A model generated the notes under the pieces. That model was not told the origin of the DNA. It did not search any database and worked only from the letters and a program-made list of their open reading frames with translations. A stretch of 63,895 nucleotides of DNA, the filler included, from Folioceros fuciformis (Eukaryota): assembly GCA_049999805.1 (NCBI GenBank). It is 20 parts of 20 records of this genome, joined end to end, with 100 filler letters (N's around TTAATTAATTAA, not from the genome) between each part and the next. Parts side by side here need not be neighbours in the genome. Positions count along the whole stretch, not along the records: positions 29,779 to 43,226 come from JBNGIO010002409.1; positions 43,327 to 44,573 come from JBNGIO010002410.1; positions 44,674 to 45,783 come from JBNGIO010002412.1; positions 45,884 to 46,961 come from JBNGIO010002413.1; positions 47,062 to 48,157 come from JBNGIO010002414.1; positions 48,258 to 51,563 come from JBNGIO010002415.1; 14 more parts are not named here. The stretch is one strand, 5' to 3'. The position numbers were made by a program, and so were the translations under genes. Positions 38,777-48,697 of the stretch are shown here, piece by piece. How positions within the stretch are numbered: position 1 is the stretch's first letter; each line of letters starts with the position of its first letter.

Positions 38777-41700
38777 TCACGCTCGGGGACGGTTGCATAT
38801 AGTGCATACTGTGGCTGCCGTTCCGTTGGCGTAAGTGCAGTGCTCGCAAGACCAATGTGCAGTCTCATCCCCACTTCGGCTGGTACCGCTGCCTTTCGAG
38901 GACCCCACTCTATTCTTGCCTCCTCTTCCCTTTGAACTACCTGAGGCTTTTGAGCTACTGCAACACTTGTTGTTCACGCTCTTCGAATTGTCCACGTCAG
39001 CAAGCCCGTTCTCCAATGCCCGGACTAGGTTTTCAAAATACGTTCTAGTAACGCTGCATTGCCAAACCACCAGTTATTGTCAATCCAGGCAAATCAAAAC
39101 CAGTCCCCACAGCAACTCACAAAACTCACAAAACTCACAAACTCACAAAACCATTCAGTCATGCCTGGTTAAGCCAGCTAGCTTCGTGCGAAACTCATTG
39201 AAGTTGCTCTGTGGGGCATCTCCCTCGAGAAAGGACTGCAAGTCCTTTTCAGCACACTGATGTAACCGTTCTAGCCCTCCTTCAGCCTCCCCTGCATCCC
39301 TCATAAGCCAGCCATGAGAAGCCACCCACTTTGATCCAAGTAAACCCAACTCGAGAAGCATAGCATAGACCTCAGATATACTGAATACTAATCAGCACTG
39401 TTGCTCACCTTGTAAGTACTCAAAAAACTGCCTCTTAGCTTGCTCGTGTTCTGGCAGATAATACCCATAGGCATACGTCCATTTCAAAACTCTTCGACAC
39501 TCAACAATCTGCATATAAGTGAGTCCTCACCGGAATCAGGCTTGCCACTAGAAAAGCATGATGAATCACAAAGAGACAGTTCTCCATGATGTATGGACCA
39601 AAGGCCACTGTCTTAGTAAATCAACATCTAACGCAATCGCTTATCACTCACCAACTCCAACCTGCAATCTCCAGCCCAGATAAACAAAAAGACAAATCAA
39701 TCAGCATTACACTCAACCCTACTGACTGCTGCCTTTCATTCCCCATGCCTGTGCAAGAAGTCTATGAAACACACCCACGGGGCGGCATAGTCCAAACTGT
39801 TGGGCCTACCTGCAACCAGGCCTCAGGAACAAACTTGAGTTGTGACACGGGTTGGCATTGCTTGTCACTCAGTTTCTCAATCTGCAATTCGACATAGAAA
39901 GTGAGCAGCAAGACAATAACATGGGAAAACAGTATCCCCAACAAAGACTTCCGCAATCAAATGCAAAGACTTGGGGTAAGCATAAAATGCAAGCGTGTAC
40001 CTGAACGGCCTGCATTTGCTGAAGGTCGTGGAGAGCCTTTGCCCTTGACTGCACAGTAAATGTCAAATATGATTATACATATCCTTCAACTTCAATAGAT
40101 GACAAATCTGCGCAAGAAGAAACTCAACTGATTCATTTGTTGCCCATCGCTCATAATAATGAGTGTAGCGCTCCAATGAATTTTTGGCCATTTCCCTCCT
40201 CCTTTCAGCTTCATCATACTGCACCAGTAGTACAAGTCAAAGCCAATTCTAACTCCCGAGCATGCTTCATGCTAAACATGAAAAGGTGAGATCAGGCTAC
40301 ACACCACGCCTTCTTGTTTAGCAGTTTCGTATCGATTGCATGCATAAAAGCCACCGGTCCTCTCATTATGATCAGCCCAGGCACCAAGGCACAGCCTGCA
40401 AAGAAGTACACCCGGTTACAATGGCCAGAAGGTGACATAATATCCGAGGTGTCTCCATTTCACAAACTTGGAAAGTGTCGCAATACTCTTCCAGCCAGCT
40501 GTGTTCCAAGAATGTCTGAAGGATTCGGGTATTGCAGAGTCCAGGGCTCCAAAAACTCACCAGCAAAACTCAAATTTACAAGGTGGAGTGCAGGTGATGT
40601 GCATGCAGCCTTGATTTTTCTCGATTGGGCGCTTGCACTTTGGGCAAGGTTTTGAATTCGCCAGAATCCTACCATAATTCAGATGACAACAGATCTCAGG
40701 TTCTAGGAAAGTCCAAATCCAAACAGACTGTGTGAAATGAGGACACACCCTCTGTATGAATGAGCACAAAACAAATATCCAAGCTTAGCTCCAGTCAAAG
40801 CTAGGACTAAAGAATCCACTGAGAACAACCAACGTACCAGTTCATGTTCTCAGATTCAGCACTGTTTTTGAGAATCCACTTTGCAACTGTCTCACAATCT
40901 ACAGGCCGATGCGCCTCCTCCAGGCACTAAAAGATAAAAATCAGACAGTTTAGGGCCAAAACCAAAGAAAGTCTACACTGATAATCGTACTAATTTATAA
41001 GATCATATTCAAGGCGTTGGCTGACAGCTGATAAAAAAAACTCACGTTCCAGCAAAAGTTGTGGCCGCACTTGCAAACAATATCAAAAGAACCACTGCCA
41101 GGAACAAATTCAACCGCATATTCACAGCCAGGTGCAGGGCACCACTTTGCCTGAGAATCAAGCAATACAAAATAAAATTCTCGGAAGGGGAAAACAAGGC
41201 AGATATTTCAAGTTGACAATACAAGAGCACTCCTCTATAGTACCTTTCTGTTGTCTTCAACGTATGACCTCAGAAGGTATCGCATGTATTTTATCTTGTC
41301 TTCCTGTAAAACTAGCGACAAAACCATGTCTTCACCAACAGCAGCACCACAAGCGGGATCTGCACATCGAAGCGTGAGGCAGCCTGGCCCATCATTGATT
41401 GCCGTATGGATGTACCCTGCACAAATACACCCACGAAAGCAAATAAGCCATCTACCAAGCCAGCTCTGACAGGCCCTCGTACTAAAGGATCACACGTCCT
41501 GACGTCAGTCAAGAGAATAAAAAACGCAGCAAAATCTGTTCTCTCCAGATTCAATCGAAAAAAAAAATCGTGTATGTCAACAGGGCTACAGTTCCACCCA
41601 CGGACCTGTCCAGCATACATCACAGAAATAATGATTACAGGCTGGTGCTTTCATTTTCTCGATTGGTTGCGTTTCGAAGCAGATTCCACAAGTGAGCTGC

Positions 41701-42554
41701 AAACACAGTGCCAGAAAATGAGAATAAGAGTCGTGTTTCCATCACATTCAATACGAGTCAATATGAGGAGCAGTAAGAGGCTTTCTATGGCAACCAAAAG
41801 GAGAGTACCTCTTTGAAAGCCTGTCGTTTCTCTGTCTTTCTCTCCAGAAGGCCAACAGTAGACCGGACTCCCTCCTCGTCCGCAAACCACTCGTCATTCA
41901 CTCTACTAACACTCCTGCATCCAAAGTCGGTAAGCCAAAGTAGTACCAAACGGAGACTCAGTATTCCATGGAAAAGAGAAACAATCACGACTGTCAGAAA
42001 CACATGCATGAGTGCGAAGACAACTTGAAAGCTGGTGGTACGTGACAAAGCAGAAACATCATACCACTTGAAGTGGCGGAGAAGAATGCCAGCTTCCGTG
42101 TCGCACACCGAGAGGACCTGTGCAACGTTTTCAACAGCTTCCCCTTGTCGCTGCCGTATATCCCTTTCACTTAAGATGGTGTAATTGGACTGCAAACCAA
42201 GAGGCAAAAACAAGGTGAGCTAGACTGAGGCAGCACGAATGACGAGAGATCGAGGGGCAACAGCAGGGCGTCCACACCACATTAAAGCAACCGGCCTTAA
42301 CACAGGAGACAAGGCATGAATTGGGCAAGCAAACAATCTGAATCGGTTGCCTCTGAGACGAACAAACTTAGTACCTGGGGAAGCCTGGAGCTAGGGTGCA
42401 GGTCATCGGCTGCACTTTCATCAAATCCGTAGTCCGACTCATCATCCTCGTCTGTCGGCATTCGATCACTCTCGTCATCGTCCTCGTTCTTGTCATAATA
42501 GTCCCCATCAGACGTGCCACCCCATGCATCATGCATATCATCCTCCGAATCCAT
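38777..42554 (-). CDS. ARI8: ARIADNE-family RBR E3 ubiquitin ligase (ARI7/ARI8-like), 15 coding exons, 593 aa
   Basis: Exons 42375-42554, 42065-42189, 41809-41914, 41606-41696, 41244-41416, 41046-41150, 40838-40926, 40561-40668, 40305-40395, 40129-40218, 40001-40048, 39810-39881, 39409-39508, 39165-39291 and 38777-39053 total 1782 nt with consistent phases. Acidic N-terminus, RING1 ([15 protein letters not shown]), IBR (KWCPAPGC), RING2 ([19 protein letters not shown]), Ariadne domain and C-terminal RanBP2 finger ([10 protein letters not shown]...CTIC). Exact orthology is not established. Confidence 0.96.
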
Positions 42555-43326
42555 TGTCTAGGGGCAGGGAATTGCACAGGACGATATGAACCACAAAGAG
42601 AAAGAGAGGCTCAACTTCAGGCCGGGAAAGCGAAGGATTTAAGCAGGGTAAGGTAATTGGCAAGAGGACGCCTCGGCGCCGGGGCAGGCAAATCCAATTG
42701 AGGCTACGTGATGGGAGCAATCCTGCGGGATTGGGGCGTACATGCGGGAGCTACAAATGGCAGAATGATCCCCGTATGCGTGGCAGCGCAACAATTCACA
42801 AGTGGTACAAGGGAAACACCTTGGCGTCGCGTTGCATCTTGGCAAATTCAGGGCAAACGGCGAGATGTGGCTGCCCGCCGGCCTGCCCCGGTCTAGTCTG
42901 CAGTGGGGATACAGTGGAAGCAGAGACGAGGACGAGGCAAAGGAAAAAGGCGATGGAAAGCAAAAGACCCGGGGACGCGAAAGCGATTAGCGGACAACCG
43001 ACATAGATCAGTCGCCCATCCCTAGACTACACCACCAATGTTCCTCCTGCTCCTTCTCGGCTCTCTTCTGCTCTGCTATGCTCTCCTCTCCTGCTCACCG
43101 TGGGTGTCCACCGCAGCTCATCAGGGCTGGGACCGAGACACCCAGCGAAAAGACAAAGTGCTTACATGCTTTGTCATCGGCATGCCATGCACCCCATCCA
43201 CATGTGCAAACCCTTACCCCCTCGACNNNNNNNNNNNNNNNNNNNNNNNNNNNNNNNNNNNNNNNNNNNNTTAATTAATTAANNNNNNNNNNNNNNNNNN
43301 NNNNNNNNNNNNNNNNNNNNNNNNNN

Positions 43327-44426
43327 GGCTCAGCCACCAAGGGTGAACAGTTGCAGGGGAAGACTTAGCGGGCGGCCATCCAGCAAGGAAGAGGCGGCGT
43401 CCGCAGATCTTTGAAGATCGGACATCCTCCGAAGTCTCAAGATAATCTAAGAGGTGGTAGATCTTTGTGGTAGTAGGGCCAGCTCATTGGTGGCAGGATG
43501 TGCTAGAAGTCTAAATAAGTGGGTGGTGACAGCCGGCTAGGCTAGTGGTCCTATTAAAATAATATTTATCAAGTTAGAGAGAGGTGAAGTCAAAGAGAGA
43601 GAGGCTCCTATAAGATCAGGTGAGCTTGTAGGAGGAAGTAATCATTCACTTTGGGAGTCAGTCTGTCACTTTGTGAGCTCTTGGAGGTACTCTCTTCATG
43701 AGCTCTTGTGGTCTGTCCCTGCTTGGTTTAAGACCTGCAGTGTGTTGCCGGCTGTGCAACGTCTGGTAGGATTGCAAGCTGCGTGTTGTCGGTTGTACAG
43801 TGTCTGGTAGGATCACAAGGTGTAATGACCAAGGTGAAGGGGCTTGCCCCTAGCTCTTGATTGTAAAGGATGTGTCTTTCTCTCGACCTGTCCACTCTTG
43901 TTCCCTGTTTGGACAACTGCTGTAGGCCAGCCATGTTTCATGGCGTCTGCTAAGGTTGTGGGGAGGAGATATCCGAGAGGGGAGTGTGTTCCCTCCTTTC
44001 TTTTCTTTGGGGTTGGTCTAGTGACTCTTGCCGGGTAGGAGGAGTCTATAGGGAAGTGTAGAAGGTAGTGGTGTCGTTGTTAGTTGCTGGTGCTGGTGTT
44101 GGAGCGAGAGAGTGAGTGAAGTGAGTGAGAGAAGTCGCAAATTTGAGAGGTTAGGGTCGTTGTAGTGACTGGAGTGAGTTTGTGGGCACCGAGAGAGGTG
44201 CAGCTAACCGCTGGACAGTGAGGCATGTCCTACGCCTGATCAGAGATGGAGGGGAGCCTTCGAATCCATCATTGAGTCGATTGAGTCTGACCCTCCTTCC
44301 ACAGCAGCAAGGAACCCCATCGCTCCTTCGTGGGAACGGAACCCAATGTCTCAACGACAGTGGGATAAGTGTGGCCACTAAAGGTGGAACCCGTTGGCAA
44401 TCAGTGCCCGGTGTTTTGCCTCCACA
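43327..44426. mobile_element. Partial LTR (family D) ending ...GCCTCCACA
   Basis: Colinear with 62686-63684 and inverted at 58929-59043. Homology stops at the CA terminus in all three copies. Confidence 0.88.
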
Positions 44427-44573
44427 AAGTAGCCCCTCCTGAGGAGAGGAGTGAATTAGGGCACGTTCTGGAGCGGGAAGTCTTCCCAGAATGGGAAGAT
44501 ATTTTTAGAAAAATTCCTCAAGTGGATAGGTTGCAGGCAAGGGAGCTGGAGAAGTTACAAGCGCTGTTGGGGA
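44427..44573 (+). pseudogene. Fragment of the accessory ORF family, interrupted by LTR D
   Basis: EVFPEWEDIFRKIPQVDRLQARELEKLQALLG aligns with ELFRGWEEIFKGTPLVANLQVEELARVCTLLG in ORF 5907-6356. Confidence 0.65.
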
Positions 44574-44673
44574 NNNNNNNNNNNNNNNNNNNNNNNNNNN
44601 NNNNNNNNNNNNNNNNNTTAATTAATTAANNNNNNNNNNNNNNNNNNNNNNNNNNNNNNNNNNNNNNNNNNNN

Positions 44674-45783
44674 ACTCTGGATTGCCTAACGGATTTTGGG
44701 CAGAAGCAGTGGCTACTGCAGTGCATCTTATTAATAGATCTCCTAATAGGGCTGTGGATGAACAGGTTCCGGAGGAGATGTGCTTTGGAAAGAAGCCGTC
44801 ATACAAGCATCTACGAGTGTTTGGCTGCGAGGCGTACTACCATGTTCCGAAGGAGTTTCGGGACAAGTTGGCTCCCAAGTCAAGAAAATGTATTTTTCTT
44901 GGCTATGGTGAATCTGGTGAGATGGGATACCGTCTATGGGATCCAGAGGCCAAGAGGGTGGTTCGCAGCAATGACGTGTTCTTCAATAAGACCAAGATGC
45001 ACAAGAAGCCTACTCCAACTGTAGAGGTGCGATGGGTGGTCGTCCAAGAAGATGGACTTGACCGTCCCGCACAGGTTGAACGTCGTGATGTGCAGGAACA
45101 AGTTCCTCTCCTTGTAGAAGAGGAGAGAGTGCAACCAGCTCCGGTCGAGGCGCCAATGCTTCGTAGGTCAAGAAGGATTTCACTTCCTCTTGACAGGTAT
45201 GTTGCATCTCTTGATTATGTCATGCTGACGAATTGTGGGGAGCCCTCTTGTTACCAAGAGGCCGTGTCAGTGACCGACAAGGACAAGTGGGAGAAGGCGA
45301 TGCAGTCGCAGATGGATTCGCTCCACAAGAACCAAACTTGGGAGTTAGTTCGGTTGCCTAAGGGCAAGAAGGCGTTGCCATGCAAATGGGTGTATAAGAT
45401 GAAGGACATACCCCATTATGGCAAACCCAAGTACAAGGCACGATTGGTTGCTAAGGGTTTTAAGCAAAAGCAAGGTATTGACTTTGATGAGATTTTCTCA
45501 CTAGTTGTCAAAATGACCACCTTGCGATGTGTTCTTGGTTTGGTTGCAAGGAACGACATGGAACTCGTCTAGATGGATGTGAAGTAGGCATTTCAGCATG
45601 GTGATCTCCAGGAAGAGGTATACATGCAGCAACCAGAGGGTTTCATTGAGAAGCGTAAAGAGAGTCTAGTGTGCAGGTTAAAGAAGAGCCTTTATGGTTT
45701 GAAGCAGGCACCCAGGGAGTGGTATTTCAAATTCCACTCGTTTATGCTTTCTCAAGGCTACAAACGTAGCGATGAGGATCATT
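44674..45783 (+). mobile_element. Copia integrase C-terminus to RT fragment (main family)
   Basis: FWAEAVATAVHLINRSP, HLRVFGC, KALPCKWVYK, KARLVAKGF, LKKSLYGLKQAPREW. Confidence 0.96.
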
Positions 45784-45883
45784 NNNNNNNNNNNNNNNNN
45801 NNNNNNNNNNNNNNNNNNNNNNNNNNNTTAATTAATTAANNNNNNNNNNNNNNNNNNNNNNNNNNNNNNNNNNNNNNNNNNNN

Positions 45884-46638
45884 GAAGGGAGTATATCGGA
45901 GAGTGACCAAGGGTACACGGGGTGGAATTTCGGAAGTAAGGAGATGATGGAAGATGGCTCTTGCTTTCACGTGGATACTGAGGCAGGATTTGCTCATCCA
46001 GATGAGGGGGCAAGAGTGAGCCAAGGAAGCAATCCTGAGGGGACCTACGTGGATCCTGACGCTGTAGAGAGATTGGAGTTAGCACCAGGGAAGGTAGTGA
46101 AGATCTCCAAATACTTGAGCCCTGCGGAGAAGGAAGCCTTCCGAAGCTTACTAACAGAGTATCTTGATGTCTTTGCCTTTAAAATCACTGACATGGCTGG
46201 GATCCCTGAGGAATTGGGCGTGCACCGGATTGACTTGAGGGAAGGGAGCACTCCCATCCGAGTAAACAATATCGTTTGAACCCAAAATACTCCATGGTAG
46301 TGAAGGAGCAGCTGGACCAGTATTTGGAAGCAGGGTGATATATCCTATTCTAAACAGCGAGTGGGTATCCCCCATAGTCTTGGTCCCTAAGAAGCAGCCA
46401 GGCAAGGTGCGCGTTTGCCAGGATTTCCGCAAATTGAATGAAGCAACCAAGAAGGATCACCATCCCCTACCCTTCTTGGACAGTGTCCTAGACACGGTGG
46501 CATGGCATGAGATGTACAGTTTTTTGGACGGTTACTTTGGGTACAATCAGATCGCCCTACGAAAGGAGCATCAAGACAAGACTACCTTCATTACAGATTT
46601 GGGGCACTTTTGCTAACTCCAAGTTGCCCTTCGGTTGC
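45884..46638 (+). pseudogene. Gypsy (non-chromovirus, Athila-like) RT N-terminal fragment
   Basis: SEWVSPIVLVPKK..RVCQDFRKLNEATKKDHHPLPF..SFLDGYFGYNQI..KTTF..LPFG. Related to 54512-55689. Confidence 0.92.
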
Positions 46639-46707
46639 CACAAACCCTCTTTGTCGGTATAGCCTTGGGATCGAATCCCAATGCTATAACGACAAAGAGG
46701 GTTTGTG
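46639..46707. repeat. Near-perfect hairpin: 33-bp stem (2 mismatches), 3-nt loop
   Basis: CACAAACCCTCTTTGTCGGTATAGCCTTGGGAT-CGA-ATCCCAATGCTATAACGACAAAGAGGGTTTGTG. Confidence 0.95.
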
Positions 46708-46823
46708 TGGACCTCACAGCACCCTCGGGTGCAATATTTTCCCCCACATGCGGGTTGCTTTGCCAGACTTCCAAACAGTGGGTTCCTCAACAGGGTCCTC
46801 TTCAACTACCTAGGTTGGGGTAC

Positions 46824-46961
46824 CAGCTTCCTGTGCACTTCTTGTGAAGCTTCCTTGGCAACTCTTCTAGAGGGTATAAATACCCCCTTGAGCTCCCTTG
46901 CAATAAAGACATTGTGAGAGTGTGAGACCTCTCTTTCTCCTCTCCTCCTTGCTTCCTCCTC
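46824..46961 (+). repeat. Partial Copia LTR (main family)
   Basis: Matches the reverse complement of about 10195-10335, including TCTAGAGGGTATAAATACCCCCTTGAGCTC. Confidence 0.88.
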
Positions 46962-47061
46962 NNNNNNNNNNNNNNNNNNNNNNNNNNNNNNNNNNNNNNN
47001 NNNNNTTAATTAATTAANNNNNNNNNNNNNNNNNNNNNNNNNNNNNNNNNNNNNNNNNNNN

Positions 47062-48157
47062 ACCTACTAAGCCGATTCGCCTGTCCCTTCACAAAAAAAA
47101 TCACAACCTGCTCATTCCGTCGCTCAAAATGGGGGTTCCGAAAGTTTTTTTCGTTCACAGTTCAGGAGCAGCTCCCTGCTTCTCTTCAACCCGCTCCGGG
47201 ATTGCCTCCTTCGACGCTGACCCGCTCCCTTTCTTGACAATCTGGCCTCTGGCCCGTCTCCACTTGACGAGGGTCCTTTTCCCTGACCCTGCCTTCCTCT
47301 TTTGCCTGGCGGGAGTCCCTTCCTCTGAGCTATCCGCACCGCCCGACTCCCAGCTGCTGGAGTCGGCCCCTACTGGTTCGGAGGGCTTCCACTTCACATC
47401 CCTTATCGGCCTCCACATATGCATCGAGGCTAGCACTTCCAGTTCGGTCATGAGGTTAGCATAACAGTCGATGTGGATTAGAAAGGGAGAAATCATTGAG
47501 GGCCAAGAAAAGGACAGAGTTAGATTCTGCCTCTCCTCGTCCATCCTAGCGTACAAGATTTTTCCCTAGTCCACCTTGCTCCCCTTGACTACCTCATGCA
47601 CAAATAGGAGCATCAAGTCGGACAAATGATCCTGCTTGCGAACTTGCAGGAAACACAGGAACCACTTGGCCAGACCCATTAGCTGAGGGTTGGCCATATC
47701 GCGAACCAGCCACCCATCGGCTCCCTTCTTGGTGCCTGGTTTGAGTAGCTCCTCGGCGTTTGTTGTGCCACCCTGTTTCTTCAAAGACTCCAGCACCAGT
47801 CCTCCCTCCTCCTGCTGATCTCGGCCAAACACCCGCGTTACCATCTCCAAGTTCCACTCCTGGGGTCTGCCGCGGATTCCCTCTTCTCGAACGGGCTCTC
47901 TCATCTTCAGGGCGCACTCCTTGACCAATTGCAGCACCGCATGGTTCCACCTCTCGGTCATGAACCCGAGGCCTAGTTCTCCAACCAGTCCTCCGGCTCT
48001 AACCCTCCAGTGCTCCATATTGGGCCACAGGAGCACATTGATCTTTGGTACAGGGGATTCTCCTTCCTGCTCAGGTACCGTTACTCTTGGCAGCAACTCT
48101 GGTCGTGACCTCATCCTGCCTGATTCTTCCCCGTACTCCGAACCCTGCTGCCCTCCT
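47062..48157 (-). pseudogene. Best-preserved copy of the retroelement accessory ORF
   Basis: ORFs 47566-48114 and 47155-47556 are in frame and separated by a single TAG at the conserved Trp (VD*GKILY). Confidence 0.8.
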
Positions 48158-48257
48158 NNNNNNNNNNNNNNNNNNNNNNNNNNNNNNNNNNNNNNNNNNN
48201 NTTAATTAATTAANNNNNNNNNNNNNNNNNNNNNNNNNNNNNNNNNNNNNNNNNNNN

Positions 48258-48697
48258 TGAGCATTTCTGGATGGGAGACCCGGCTAATGGGTTTGCGGCC
48301 ATGGGGGTGGTGTATCATGCCGTTCGCGATCCGATTTTTTTTTCCCATCATCCCAATGTTGACAGGATCTGGAACGTCTGGATGGTAGGAATGTTAACGT
48401 TGCAAGGAATGGAAGCATGGACCCTCCCATATGAGACAGTCTGACTGACTGGTGTTGTACATTTTTCAGGGACTCGAGGGCAGGCGCAACTATGATGACC
48501 CCGACTTCCTGGACGCTGCCTTCTACTTCTACGACGAGAATGCGGAGATTGTGAGGGTCACTGTTGCCGAGTGTCTCGGCTCTGACCTCCTGAGTTACAC
48601 CTTCCAAGACGTGGAGAACGAGTGGGTGGCCTACGACGCATCAGCCGATTCAGCCCTTTTCCTCGACGGTCCATCTCCAGCACGTTCCCAAGCATGA
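48258..48697 (+). CDS. PPO: Polyphenol oxidase, 3' part (CuB site and PPO1_DWL-like region), two exons, 5'-truncated by gap
   Basis: Exon to 48384: HFWMGDP...MGVVYHAVRDPIFFSHHPNVDRIWNVW. GT-AG phase-0 intron 48385-48469. Exon 48470-48697: DPDFLDAAFYFYDENAEIVRVTVAECL..LSYTFQDVENEW, stop at 48695-48697. Confidence 0.9.

Noticed and set aside
47155-48114. Calling the accessory ORF an env gene
   Set aside because: No convincing signal peptide or transmembrane anchor seen; function left open.
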